Of a DNA stretch of 64,000 nt, positions 50,621-63,985 are shown in pieces. Both the position numbers and the translations under genes were made by a program. A model generated the notes under the pieces. That model was not told where the DNA came from. It searched no databases and saw nothing but the letters and a program-made list of their open reading frames with translations. Location: positions 32,668,418-32,732,417 of the forward strand of contig JARDVH010000124.1 of the NCBI GenBank assembly GCA_030324005.1, written 5' to 3'. Origin of the DNA: Negaprion brevirostris (taxonomy: Eukaryota). Every line of letters starts with the position of its first letter. Position 1 is the first letter of the stretch.

Positions 50621-51279
50621 AGGAACATTAGTTTACAGGATTCTTTCAAATAGTTACACTATTTCCCATAACAGCAAATAGCATCTGCTAAATATGACCT
50701 GTGCCACCTACTTATGTTCAGTTTTCCAAACACGGCTTACTGTCATCTTATCCTGACCTTCCTCTGTAATCAATGGTATAGAAAGATCCAATCGCATGCT
50801 CAAGTGAAATAAAATGCATTACTTTTCTATTACATGTCTTGTGAAAGGTAACAGCTTGTGTTGGCACATTTCAGATCTTATTGAAAGATGGAGCAGACTT
50901 GATAGGCCAAATGGCCTACTTCTTCTCCTACGTAGAACATAGAAGAACTACAGCACAAACAGGCTCTTCGGCCCACAAGTTGCGCCGAACATGTCCCTAC
51001 CTACTAGGCTTGCCTATAAACTTCTATCTTACTAAGTCCCATGTACTTATACAAAAGTCTCTTAAAAGACCCTTAAAAGATATCTTACGTTTTGGACTGG
51101 ATGCTGGGTTTCACTGGAAGCCTGGTGGGATTCTGATGGTTTGTGACCTCCCTGGGCAGCGTCTTGCATCTATCTCATAGTTAAGACTGTAGTAACTGGT
51201 GTTGCACACTTGAGCTATTTCCCATATCTAATATGTCATGTGCTTGAATGGCAGACATCAGAATCTCCTGTTGTGCTAT

Positions 51280-51560
51280 GAAAAAATGAGAAACTGCTGG
51301 AAATATTCAACAGGTTTGGTAGCATCTGTGGAGAGAAATGGAACTAAGTCTTCAGGATGATGATCTTTCATCAGAACAGGAAAAGTTTAGAGATATAACA
51401 GGTTTTAAGCAAGTATATATGCAAGGTGTATCTTGGTGGAGACCAAGAGGACGACAGAAAGAAAGGTCTGCTATAGTGTGGAAGGAAGGAGAAATTAAAA
51501 TGACAAAAAGGCTAATGGTGCAAGCGAGAGTGGGAGTGGGGAGGTGGTGGTGGGAGGTAT
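51280..51560 (-). mobile_element. Penelope-like element 3' end
   Basis: Reverse complement of ...ctgatgaaagatc...tctctccacagatgct..acctgttgaatatttccagcagttt; related ends at about 29035-29085, 47090-47165 and 62733-62860. Confidence 0.7.
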
Positions 51561-52869
51561 AATGTCTAAATAATTGAGCTTTTGTTCTTCCCAAGTCCTT
51601 GTAGAAAGCTTTGCAGTTTCTGACCTAACAAATTGTTTCACCTCGCTTAATGCTGCACACTTCTGCAGCGATTAAACAGATGTCTTTGCCTTCTCGTTGC
51701 TATTTCAGGTGCTTAACTGCTTTCTAATTGCAGCCCACAGCTGATTTGGAGGATTACTGCTGTTCCCTCATCATTGGTTAGCCCATCACGCAGGCGTCAA
51801 AGCCAACATTTTAGTCCACAAAATGAAAACAACAAAATTGGATATAAACCAGCTGGAGTCAATTCTCCCCAAAACCTTTCGTAACCTACCAAGGAACTCT
51901 CAAACGGCACACAGTCATTTCTAGTCTATGGTTATTGACTATTTAAAATGTACCTTGATTGGCTAGTTACCATGTTTCCCATGAAAATGGGCTCTGCTGG
52001 AAAAGGCTGTTAGGCGATATGATATTATCATAATTTTTTCGACTCAGGTTCTCAGAGGAATGGAAGATGAAGGCTCTCCTCTAAATTTTGATAGCAAGGG
52101 CTGCATTTTTAATTAAAAAGGACTGTACAAATGGATTTGATGCCATGCCAAATTAAATTTTACTTCTTCGGATTTAAAACATTTTAAAAATTGATGTTGA
52201 ATTTGTGAATTTTTAAAACTTTGCACTCAAAGGCCTTAACGCGGTTGTTTGTATCACAAAGTCTTCTGAGTTCTATGGCTGAATTACTGTATCAAAATTT
52301 CATCTGCGTTCAAGGCAGAAACCCAGTCGTGCAACATTGTGGGCTCTGCAATATCAAAAAATAAATGCCGATTAGTCAGCCTCCTCAACATGGGTTTACA
52401 TGATAAGTGAATGATCACTTTTAGTGACATGCCTTCTTGAGTTTCTCTGACGTTACCCTGATTGAGATATGTATTAAGAGTATCAATTATATATATGTGC
52501 TGAAGAATCAATTAAAATCAAAATCCAGTCATTAACCTGCCAATCCCATGATATCAAATGCAATGTATTAGAATCAGAATCAAATCTATGTAATTAAAAG
52601 TTTGGATCTGGAATACGTACAAAAGACAAAAGTGTTCATTGCAGAGAAACCGATGAACGTGGAGCAAGCAAAATCAACCATTCAAAACTGCAAGCAAGAA
52701 TTTTCTATGCTCTTTGAAATGGCCATGTTTGTCTCCTATTACAGCCTAAAAATAACTTTTGAACAGAATCATTACACAAAACTAAAAAACTCTGATGAAA
52801 GAAAGATTACCTATATAATCTCGTAGCTTCAAACAATACAGTCACACCTTGATATAGTTACAAATAATA

Positions 52870-54075
52870 AATCGCTCACAAAGCCTCCACCCAGTCATTT
52901 CTTGCTGCCAAGCTCGGCAGCCCCACGCACACACCCAGCTCTTCATTCCTGTAGAGTGTGAGAATGGCTGTGCTATGTCTCTCCCACACCGAGGACAGTG
53001 TAGAAAGCAGCTCTGCTTCAGACAATACTGGCCCCCACCCCCAACCTCCCCACCTTCCCAGGACCCTGTTCGTGGAAGGAGCAGATTGCCACCCTTTCAT
53101 CAGGACAAGAGCATCTCTTAACCTGAGCCAAGAGGCTGTTGAGGTGCAGGTTGCCTGCCCACTTCAGGTGTAAGATGAAGGTGAAAGCCAAATATCTAGA
53201 GGCATCTGCAGTGCCTGAGACTACTATTCCATTTATTGGCATGGAACATGCAGCTCCCTATTAGGCAGGAGTCAGACATATCTCTGAGGATGAGAGAAGC
53301 TTTGTCCTCACTGCAAGTCGTCATCATTCTCCTACAGAGTCAGACCAATGGCTTCAGCCCCCTATCATTGAAAATGTGCAACCTAATGGTTAGATCGTGT
53401 TGGCACAACATCATTGGTTTGAGTTTACACCCATTGCGGGAAATCGCATCACTTCCTACTCCCACTCATTCCTGAAATGAGAGGTGAACAGTGCATCCGT
53501 TGCCTGGTGGCCAATTCTGGCCTTGTCCAATGCCCAGCATTCTTCTTCCTCCTTCTCCTTGGCATCATCAGGCCCACCACCGTCCTCAACCTCCTCTTCC
53601 GCCTTGGCATCAACAGGCCCACTGCCCTCCTCAACGCCCCCTCATCTGACAGGTCTGGTGTTTGCCCATCTCCTCCAGGTCTCGATTGTCTCCCTTCTGC
53701 AGCACTAGGTTGTGGCAAGTGCAGCAGACCATAATAATGCAGTCTATCAGACTTTGCACCTGGGGCATGCCTGCAAGGCAGGCAAAGGCTGACATCCTGG
53801 CTTGCCTGCTCCTAGTCAAAGTTGATAAACATTTCAGCCTTGGCATAAAGGCCTTCTATCAACTCCCTAATATATTTTTGAGTGTTAGACTGGGAGCTGC
53901 CACAGTTGTCACCTGTGCTGCCCTGGAATGAACCACTAGCATGAGAGTTCAGAGCAGTTGTAAATTTAAGGGCCACAGACATTGGCTGTCCTCCTGTTTC
54001 ATGGGGTGCCAGCTCATGCACTATGTGGCAGAGGTGGTTCACTGTCCCCTGGGACAGACACACTCTTCTCTAACC
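52870..54075 (-). mobile_element. PIF/Harbinger transposase, internally deleted
   Basis: PMSVALKFTTALNSHASGSFQGSTGDNCGSSQS..LYAKAEMFINF..FACLAGMPQVQ joined directly to IIMVCCTCHNL. Confidence 0.88.
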
Positions 54076-55557
54076 CTGCAGCATAACCACAATACCTAAA
54101 CTTCGCTGTGTATATTATGAAACGTTAACAATTATTCAAAAATTAGGGTGTGTTACCTTATTCAATAGGTCATATGTTGGGGCAAAGATAGTTGAGGGTG
54201 CAGGCAAGAATTTCTTCTGAACTCAACATGTTAGGGAGAAATTGATTTAATCAGAAGCAGTATACCTGAGGTGATATCTAATTTCCATGGAGGAACTATA
54301 GAGATTCACAGCACAGAAGGAAGCTACTTACCCTATCAATGTTACTGAATAGCTCTCAAAGAACTATCCACATCATCCTATTTCCCGTACTTCTCTATTT
54401 TTTAAATTTCAGATATAAATTTGTTCCTGGTAGGCCCATTCCGTGTCCTAACAACCATTCAATTCATATCAACATTCATTGTATCATCATATTTCATTGA
54501 TTGAGAAAACTATTGCTGCAGACAAATTTCTGTACTCGCTGTGAGAATGGGTTCAATTTTCAGGTATAAAAAAGGATTCAAAAATAGTGATTGGCTGTGA
54601 TGGTTGATGGAAATAAGTTGTAAAGAAGAAAAATAAAGTTGTTTATATAAATAATCAGAAAAAATAAATATTTCACAAAGTATAAAATATTTGCAAGATG
54701 AGATGTATTGGTATCAGATACAACTGAAGTTAACTAAAGGCACAACTGAACTCCAAAAATGCATTATATAAAACAACAATTGATCAGACGGCATTCCCGT
54801 AGTAAAGATTTATAGTGGCCAGAACAGCTACATAGTTCCTTTGAATAATTTAGCGTGATGGTGAGGTTTGAGAAATAGGATATGGCTGAAATGTAAATAT
54901 ATATATGCTTGTATTCATGCCCACTATTGAAGATGATACAGTGGTGGATATCTATGCTTCAAATATTGACTCCTAGAATGTAAATGCATAAACGGCCTTA
55001 GTTTGAGGCACTGAAGATTGATCACGTTGCTGGACCTAATAGCATTTAACCCAGAATCCTGGAGAAAATTAGAGAAGTACTATGTAAGCCATTCATTTAG
55101 CTGCCGAATGGTTCTTTGAAATTTGGATTAGTTTGAATTGATTGGGGAAAGAGCTTGAATGTCTTCACATATGTGCCAAGCCCCATTCATTGATCCTAAA
55201 CAGGAATATACGAACAAGTGTAGGCCTTTCAGCCCTTTGAGCTTGTTCTGCCACTATGGCTGATCCGTATCTTAACTCTATTTACCTAGTTTTGTTTAAT
55301 ATTTTGGAAATAAAGCTCTGTGATTTATGTTTTTAATAGGTTTGAATTACATAATTAAATTGTTGCATCATGAATTTCTAGCTGTACTAAAGATTAATGA
55401 TTCAATGATTCATGGTACAATATAAAATGCCAACAGGCACTAACATTTTTCACTTAAAATGCATAGTTTTACTGATGTTTGGGGACTCAAATGATGAACA
55501 CATAGGGAAACAATGTAATAGAAGATTAAGAAATTATATGATCAACATAGTTTACAG

Positions 55558-55955
55558 GGGAAGTAGTGGCACAGTAGAATTACCACTGGACTAGCAATCC
55601 AGAGACCCAGCGCAAAGCTCTGGGAACTCAGATTTCAAACTCATCATGACAGTCTAATAAAATTATAAGACCTAGGAGCAGAATTAGGCCATCTGGCCCA
55701 TTGAGTCTGCTCCATCATTGAATCATGGCTGATATTTATCTTATCCCCATTGATGACCATGAAACCATTGTTGATCGTTGTCAAAAACCCATCTGGTTCA
55801 CTAATGTCCTTTAGGGAAGGAAATCTGTCATCTTTACCTGTATGGGCCCATGTATGACTCCAGGACCACGGCGATATGGTTGACTTAAATGCCCTCAGAA
55901 ATGGAAGGCAGTTGGGTAATCAGTGCTGGCCCAGCCAGCAATAGCCACATTCCCT
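55558..55955 (+). mobile_element. Second tRNA-derived SINE family, with a nested CR1 tail (about 55665-55750, -)
   Basis: gatgaccatgaaaccattg..aaaaacccatctggttcactaatgtcctttagggaaggaaatctg..gctggcccagccagc; copies at 57576 and 63302. Confidence 0.85.
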
Positions 55956-56149
55956 AAAAATTAATAATTCTTTTTTGAAAAATCCTGTACTTCCAGAGAA
56001 AATGAGTGCAAACTGGGGGGAAAAGACTGTGTGCTAGGGTGGGGAAAGAGTGAGTGGGTGCATGGGGAGGGGGAGGAGAGATTGTGCGTGAGTAGTGAAG
56101 GGAAGAGAGAGTTTGTGCGAGGAGTGGGGGAAAAGAGGGTGTGTGGTTG

Positions 56150-56420
56150 GAAGGCATTGCGTCTTATACACACTTCTACGACTGTATGCTGCTGGTGGAG
56201 GGATTGTATAATGTGGTTAATGCTTTGTCCTGGATGGTGTCCAGCCTCTTGAATGTAGCTGGAGCTGCACTCATTCAGGGAATACAAAGTATTCCATCAC
56301 ACTCCTGACCTGTGCCTGGTCAGCCTTTGGGAAGTTAGGAGCTGAACTTCCAACCTCTGGCCTGTTTTTGTTGCCAAAGTATTTACATGTCTTGTCTAGT
56401 TCTGTTTCTGGTCAAGGTAT
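56150..56420 (-). mobile_element. LINE fragment (same family as 11405-12016)
   Basis: AQVRSVMEY..MSAAPATFKRLDTIQDKA on the minus strand. Confidence 0.8.
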
Positions 56421-57200
56421 TACACGTTGAATTTGAAAGGGTCTCATTGGAATGGAGAGGGTTTCAAAGATTTCAGCTTGCTAGGAAGCTTCAGCACTTC
56501 AAATAAAGGCAGGAATGAGGCAAGAATGCAGATATTAATCACAGAGCTGCCTGAAATCACCACACCAGTTGTGATCTTCAGGTCTGCCAGGATGAAGGGA
56601 CAGTCCATGACACGCCCACCCCAGCAAAGTGTGGGAAAATCAAATCCTTTCTCCCAGTCTGAGCCCACATAACCCCCAGAGTCCATGAGGGACCCTTCCT
56701 CTGCAGCCTGGCAGTGGGGAAAATGGCCACTGGACCTACCTCCTTGGGCCCTCTCAGGGGCCAATGCACTGGGCCAGGACGTCTATGTCAGGGTGCCGGG
56801 GCAGTGCGCTGTTGGCACTGCCAGGCATGTAGGGATGAAGGAAGGCTAAGTGGGGTGTTCTGAGAGGGAGGGGAGGCTGAGGGTGGAAAGGTTGGGTCAT
56901 CCTTATGCCTATGTGGTGTGTAGGGGGAGAGTGATCCATGATTTGAGTGGTGGGTGGGGAGGGGAGGAGGAGGAAGAAGACTTTCTTTTCTGAGGGGTTG
57001 GTAGTGCTCCCCTAGATGTTTGGGGTCCATCACACCATGCCCCTGCTTGTGGGTAGCACATGTAATGCCCAATCATGCTGTTCCCACTGGTGAGCCGGGT
57101 GAATGGCGGGTGGCTGGTGAATGGCCTGTCAAGCATGCTAATGCAGTAAAAAGTCTGACAACACCAGGTTTTAGTCCAATTGATTTATTTGATAGTAAAC

Positions 57201-57238
57201 TCACAAACTTTCGAGGGGACACCCTCTTCATCAGGTGA
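57201..57238 (-). ncRNA. Minimal hammerhead ribozyme-like motif, antisense copy
   Basis: UCAC CUGAUGA A GAGGG UGUC CCCUC GAAA GU UU GUGA on the minus strand. Confidence 0.6.
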
Positions 57239-57264
57239 ATGGAGAGTTCAGGTGAACTCTCCAT

Positions 57265-57302
57265 TCACCTGACGAAGAGGGTGTCCCCTTGAAAGCTTGT
57301 GA
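57265..57302 (+). ncRNA. Minimal hammerhead ribozyme-like motif (Penelope type)
   Basis: UCAC CUGACGA A GAGGG UGUC CCCUU GAAA GC UU GUGA: core boxes, stem I UCAC/GUGA, stem II and palindromic AAGCUU. Confidence 0.65.
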
Positions 57303-57575
57303 GTTTACTATCAAATAAATCGGTTGGACTAAAACCNNNNNNNNNNNNNNNNNNNNNNNNNNNNNNNNNNNNNNNNNNNNNNNNNNNNNNNNNNNNNNNN
57401 NNNNNNNNNNNNNNNNNNNNNNNNNNNNNNNNNNNNTGTTTACCCCAGTCCAACACCGGCACATCCACATCAAGCATGCTAATGACATTGAAATTAGTGA
57501 GTTTGCATAATTATCAGGTTGCTGCTCCCTATAGATGCAAACCCAATTGGGGCAGATGGGGTGAATCCCAACATG

Positions 57576-57930
57576 GGGGAGGGCATTGTCCCAGTGGTAT
57601 TATTGCCAAACTATTAGTCCAGAAACTCAGCTAATATTGGGATTAGGGTTCGAATCCCACCTTGGCAGTTGGTGGAATTTGAATTCAATAAAAGTCACAT
57701 GGAATTAAGAATCTACTGATGACTATGAAACTATTGTTGATTGTTAGAAAAGCCCATCTGATCCATTCGAATCCTTTAGGGAACAAAACCTGCCATCCTT
57801 ACCTGGTCTGGCCTACATATGACTCCAGAGTCACTGCAACGTGATTGGCTCTCAACTTCTCTCGTGCAACTAAGGATGGGCAATAAATGTTGGCCAGCCA
57901 GCAATGCTCATGCCCTACAGAATAAAAAAA
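57576..57930 (+). mobile_element. Second tRNA-derived SINE family, full length
   Basis: B box ggttcgaatccc; body ggtggaatttgaattcaataaa; tail gggcaataaatgttggccagccagc..gaataaaaaaa. Confidence 0.9.
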
Positions 57931-59194
57931 GTATCCTCACACTCATTGGGAATCCCCAATTTGGGCTGACGCTCAATTCAACAGGCATTGGGATTCCCGT
58001 CAGCTGTCTGAAGAGGTCGGAGAATCAGACCTGATATCTTCATGATCAGACAGAACAGCAGCAGAGAAGGAAAAGAAAAGAAGCAGATTCTGCACTCTGG
58101 ATCAAACTACCTGACAAACTAACATGTAGCTAGAGATTTGTACGTCGAGCACCAGCTTGTTCAACTCATCGTTCTGAGTTGACGTTACCCTCAATTCGAG
58201 GGACAGTCAACAAACCTGGCCTGTGTCACTCCTATATTCTGTCAGTCCACTCTGCTACACTCATGTCCTGGACACTTCCTATTATTGCAAGTCATCTTTC
58301 TNNNNNNNNNNCCAAACAGTATTGCACTCACAAAATCCACAATGTCTGTCCCAATATCATAATATTTTACATTTTAATATGGTCACCACAACCCTTTCCT
58401 CTTTCATTTCGCTAATAATTATGCACACTTTTATCTATTTCCTTTTTATGAATCTTTCTTACTCTGGTTCACAAAATCTTTGTATTTCTTCTTTTCTGTT
58501 TCCCATGGAGAATTTATTGTAAAGGATTGGAATGGCATTCATCAGAGAACCTTGTGGGAATGCAGCATGAGTTTGATATATATTATGGGTTATAAAATTA
58601 CATTTCCTATATCTTTAAAATGGCAGGAAAAAGAGACACCAAACTGAAGAGTAAAATGACAAAAGTGGAAAAGAGTTAACTTTGACTCTGACATTTTTTA
58701 AGATATGGCATTGACATTCTGCTTCTAAAAGTATATTGGAGAAAGTTATGGGCACTTTTATTAATAGCATTCTGTAAATATCTTAAAAAGGTCACCCTCT
58801 TATATGCAGTGTCTTAGTATTGCAATTTAATGCAGGAAAAAAAAAGACCCCGTCAAATTGAATTTGATTTATATCACAACGCACTGATACTATTATTTTT
58901 ATTTAAACTTGTGATATGCTCTTTATTTTAGACCTGGGAAATAGAAGCAGCAATATTAATATCACTATAATTGACAGTGATTATAATGTAATTTCCAATA
59001 TCATACTTGCTATTAATGAAAACTTCCTTTTCTTTTGGATTCACTTTAAAATGTTGCCCGCCATTCATTTTTCACAATTGTTTCTGCTGGTCAGATACAA
59101 GGACGCACCGACTTCTTGAAAGCTATCCCCGGCACATCTTCTAATTCTATCTTTTACTTGCATTCTATGTCTTTAGAACTGTTCTCTAACTCCT

Positions 59195-59370
59195 TTAAAC
59201 TCTACCTTATATTAAGCTGATCTTTCTCCACACCCTAGCCATGTCTGAAGCACTATATTCTGCACACTCTCCTTTCCTTCTCCCCATGTACTCTATGAAT
59301 GGTATGCTTTGTCTGAATAGCGCGCAAGAAACAATTCTTGTCTCTGTATACCAATACGTGTCAAATCAAA
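59195..59370 (+). mobile_element. LINE 3' tail, probably Rex-Babar clade
   Basis: Matches the reverse complement of 232-388; ends tcaaatcaaa. Confidence 0.6.
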
Positions 59371-60499
59371 AGTAGTCTTACAATTTTTCAACCCAAATGT
59401 GACGCTCCATAGCTGCTCCTGCACAAGTACGCATTTAACGCAGGTACCCTTTCATATTAACAGAGCCAACAACAGTTGGGACAATGAATCCCTATTGCCC
59501 AAGAAAATGCATGGAGATCATGTCACCACATAGTGAATATAATCTTATTGATTGGAATGGGTAGAACAAGAATAAGAAAATAATGGTAACCTTTTTTGTT
59601 GTCACTTAAAACAAGAGTAACCAACCACTCACCGACTATGACCATGGGTAAATTTAATAGGACAGAGCCAAAGGAGGAGGGATTATGAGGGATGGGGAAA
59701 GGTTTTGTCAATAGTACAGGAAAGAAGTGGTTTTAAAGAGGAACTTATACGAACAGAGGAAGCTGGAAACCCAGAGGGAATTAGGACTAATGGTATGTTA
59801 ATTGTATAACGGGCATATAAAGAGAGACTCTTCTCTCCCAAGTGACCCTGGAGAGGGAGCATGTGGTGTCCATTGATATGCATGAGGCCTTCTACAAGTA
59901 GTGGGCACTGCGGGGGCTGTTGTGTGTCATCAGCCCGAGGAACACCATTGTGATTTAATTTGCTGAGTTTCATTCTAAAGTTTGGTTTTAGTTACAGTGC
60001 TCTGCCATGGATGTCACCCACTATTTTATTTGTTTATTTTATTGCTCATTTGTTTTGTTAAAAGGGCATATAAAAGAGAGACTTTTAGCACCCAGGTATT
60101 CCTGGAGCAGGAACATGCAGTATCCACCAGTACACTTGAAACTGGTTGGCCTTAGGAAGTGCATCAATGGTCCCATGTACATTATTTTCATTTAATTTGA
60201 CGAGTTTCCTTTGAAGTTTTGTCTTTTTGTTACAGTACCTCTTTAAGGAGCTGCTAAATTATTTATTAATTAATTTGTTAATTGGTTTATTTTTATTGGC
60301 ATTCAAATGAGTATAAAGAGAGATTTCTGAGATTAGAGGGGAGGCACACATCTGTAGTATTGCATTCGACAAATAAGTCTAGTATTAAGTAAAAGACTGA
60401 GCTGGTTACCAACTGCCTTCAGCATGAATTAACATTAGCGTCTTCTGGAGAACAGTATCTAAATGTTTGAACTCATGACTGCTAACCACCAATGATAAA

Positions 60500-60665
60500 A
60501 TGAAGGGAGAGGAAGCACATACGGCCAGAGTTTGAGGTACAAAGAATGCAGAGTTTTGTAGATTGGAGATTACAATGATATTGGACAGCGAAGTCGCTGA
60601 GATATTTGAAAACAAGGGTGAGAATATTAAGTCTGAGGCATGGGACAGGAAACTGATGTGAACAC
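60500..60665 (-). mobile_element. L2 LINE C-terminal fragment
   Basis: HQFPVPCLRLNILTLVFKYLSDFAVQYHCNLQ resembles the L2 motif LHWLPV..FKIL.LVFKSLHGLAP.YL. Confidence 0.7.
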
Positions 60666-62732
60666 AGGTGTGATGGGTAAAGGATAAAATATAGGTTCAG
60701 TAGAGATTCTGAATTGGAGTACATCCATAAGGTTGTGAAACCATGCTTCATACCAGGAATTGGTCCAGAGTTTTATGTTGATTAGGCAGGCACACACCCG
60801 CAGGAGAGGACATCCGCTACACATCTTGATGTCATTGCACTTTCGCACAATAATTCGGTTGAATGGTGCATGCAAGAGTTGGAAGCCCATCTGCCAAAAA
60901 TCAAGCAGGCAATTTAGCCCATTAAGGGGCCAATTGAAATCAATTTTACATGGCCCAATGTGCTTTTACGGTTGGTGAGCAGGCCAATTGTCCAGGCAGC
61001 CTTTACGCTTTAGCTTCTACCTCTTTTCTTCATTTTTAAAACTCAAGCGAACCTGTCTATGTGTGTTTTTTATAGCCACAGCAAGTAAACCGCTGAATAC
61101 TCATTGAATTGGCAAACAGATCACTTAAAAACAAAAACCCTGGACGGAATGTTCTGCATCCCCTCGGCATGTCTTGCCGCAGCCGACAGCAGCCCACCAT
61201 TCACCAGTGGTGGGGACTTGCTGTCGGTGGGACCAGAAAATTCCACTGGCTGGAAAATTCCATCCTTTGTCATGGTCAAATGAAGAGTGGGAAAAGAGGC
61301 AAAACATTCGACCTTTCCTCACCTGATCATAACAATAAAGATTTGGAGCAATTGAGGCTGATGGTGACAAATATGTGGGTGGTTTCGCAGCTCTTGGCTG
61401 TAGCAGAGGTAGAAATAGAAGATGCAGGTGGTCATTCTGAAGGAAATAATATGAGGTAAGGAGATCATCTCAGAATGAAACAATCTGGAACAGTAGTTAT
61501 AAGGAATGGGGTTAGTACCATGAATACACAATGTTGTGGCACAGCACATGGTAGGTGCCGAGCTGTCCAAAACCTAAGTGAAACTTGAAACAGCTGTCAA
61601 AACAGTTTTGCAATTTGTGTATTATGAGGAGGTTTTCCAAAATCTGAAAATGACTTCTCAGACTAATTGTGGCGATTTAACATGAACCATCCATTAATAT
61701 AGATAATTACAAACTACATTTAAGCAAAAGAATACCTTTGACCCAGTTTACACTACTTTATAAACCTTTCTGAACAGATCTTGGTCAAATTTTCCAGAGC
61801 TAAACCATCCCCCTACTCTTGTGATGCCAACAGTCCTTATAGATTTTCTAAGCTATGAAATTCCAGTAATATTATCACATAATGCCTTGTGGATCTTACG
61901 GTATTCTTTGAGGATGACAGTTAATTATCTTTCCAGGTTAGGCCTTGCCACATTCTAAGTAGTATTCTCTGATCTCGTTCACACCACCCCCACTGCCAGC
62001 GAGAATGAAGAAGTTGGTGCTTAGCCACTGTAGCAACACCGGAGAATCCTAACGGCAGTCAAAATCAGAGGTTTCTGGCATTTGTCTTTGTTGAGATCTT
62101 ACCTTCCACCACCACAGACACACCTTCAATGTTTTCTTAAATCTGTTTCTGTTCTTTGATCTTATCCTCTACCGTTTCCTACAAGCCTTTAGAAGCTCAA
62201 TCTTCCCAGAATTGATTAACCCTTGTCTTTACTTTTTTTTTAATTTTAAATGTAAACTTACCCATCTTTTCTCATATATTTACAGTCTTCCATTTATATG
62301 TTCCCTTTTCATGTACAATAGCCAACTTTAAACTATCTCTTTCTTTTCCTTATATAAATTCTTATGTAATATCTTCTTGCACCCCTGGTTCATCTACATA
62401 TCAAGCCACTTGCTTTACACTTTCCTTATTGATGTTTGAGCTTTGAAGCTTGCTGTTTCTAATTCCATTCAACAAATCAGACCCCCATCAGCTTGGTTTC
62501 CATATATATGCCAAAATTCTACTGCCCCACCTATCATGGAATTGGAGCAGCTGAGGGGCAGACAATGGGAGTGTTGCTGACCTCGGGAGGAATTTCTGGA
62601 CTCGCTCGAACAAGGTTGTAAAATCCTGCCTATTCAATGTGAAATTCCCAAACCAAAACAACATTGAAACTCCTTATTCCTGACAAGAATGACAGTTGAG
62701 AACGATCCACACGACAAGATGTGCTAAGCAGG

Positions 62733-62860
62733 CTCTGGCGAAAGGTCATCTAGACTCAAAACGTTGACTCCATTCTCTCTCACAGATGCTGTCAAACCTG
62801 CTGAGTTTCTCCAACATTTTCTGTATTTATTTCAGATTCCAGCATTCGCAATATTTTACC
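62733..62860 (+). mobile_element. Penelope-like 3' end with decayed hammerhead motif
   Basis: ctggcgaaaggtcatctagactcaaaacgttg..cacagatgctg..ctgctgagtttctccaacattttctg. Confidence 0.7.
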
Positions 62861-63301
62861 TTAGTCTATGATTGGATATTGCCTGCCCCTTGCCATGACA
62901 TGCATTTTTGGAACTGCATGTTATTGGCTGGGTTTACCAGGGTCCTGCTGACTTAGTAATTCTTAATATTTGAACTGACTAATTTGACAGCTCCCCTTTC
63001 TATTCAATGTAGTTGATGTTTCCACAGCTCTTAAGTCTTCCATTTTCACCATTTTATCAGATAATCAACCAATAGTAACAAAGGAAGCAGCATGCAAACA
63101 ACAACAAAATAAATATTTATACAACATACTTTTCAATTGCAATTTTCAGGTGTCTTAAACTGATTTTGGAAGTTCCCCACTTCCTGTGCCAACCACTTTA
63201 TTTTGTCTCTGAGTTGAACTGTTTTAAGCATCAATATGTGTAGAATTAAGAAGTTTTCTCAATGGATCTCATTTCTAAAGGCTGAACTAACACTGTTCCA
63301 T

Positions 63302-63660
63302 CTTTTTTTATTCATTTGTGGGACATGGATGTCACTGGTTGGCCAGCATTTATTGCCCATTCCTAGTTGACCTTGGAGGGCAGTTGAGAGCCAACCACAT
63401 TGCTGAGGCTCTGGAGTCACATTTGACCAGACCAGGTAAGGATGGCAAATTTCCTTCTCTAAAGGACACTAATGGACCAGATGGGTTTTTCTGACAATTG
63501 ACAATGGTTTCATGGTTATCGGTAGATTCTTAGCTCCAGACATTTTGATTGAATTCAAATTCCACCAGCTGCCATAGCAGGATTCGAATCCACTTCCACA
63601 GAATATTAGCTAAGTTTCTGGGTTAATAGTCTAATAGTAATACCATTAAGCCACAGCCTA
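63302..63660 (-). mobile_element. Second tRNA-derived SINE family, full length
   Basis: Reverse complement of the family at 57576-57930. Confidence 0.9.
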
Positions 63661-63914
63661 CCCTATTTGTCTGCCAACCCTTGCATTACCATCCCACGGA
63701 TTAGCATTCTCTGCTATCATTCTGAAGTCAAAGTTGCATTCATAACTGTTGGACAAAGGTCAAGAAGCCTGTAAAAAGACTATGAAGTCTTGCTCTGAAT
63801 GGTAATGGATATTTGTGAGGTATATATACACCTAATGAAGTTAATTTTCTCAAGTTGCATACAAGAAAATTTCTACTAATATCGGTGCATGAATTAAAGG
63901 AGTCAGCTTGATTT

Positions 63915-63985
63915 TGAACAAAGAAAGAACAAAGAAAATTACAGCACAGAACAGGCCCTTTGGCCTTCCAAGCCTGTACCATCTG
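63915..63985 (-). mobile_element. CR1 3' tail
   Basis: aaagaacaaagaaaattacagcacagaacaggccctttggcc is the reverse complement of the tail type at about 5520-5562. Confidence 0.8.

Larger units (their letters stand above)
57144..57469. mobile_element. Penelope-derived palindromic element with 15-bp TSD
   Basis: Arms 57167-57250 and 57253-57336 (5 mismatches in 84 bp, 2-nt loop); TSD tcaagcatgctaatg at 57129-57143 and 57470-57484. Confidence 0.85.

Noticed and set aside
57576-57665. tRNA gene (ggttcgaatccc B box)
   Set aside because: Head of a SINE with body and tail attached; no cloverleaf evident
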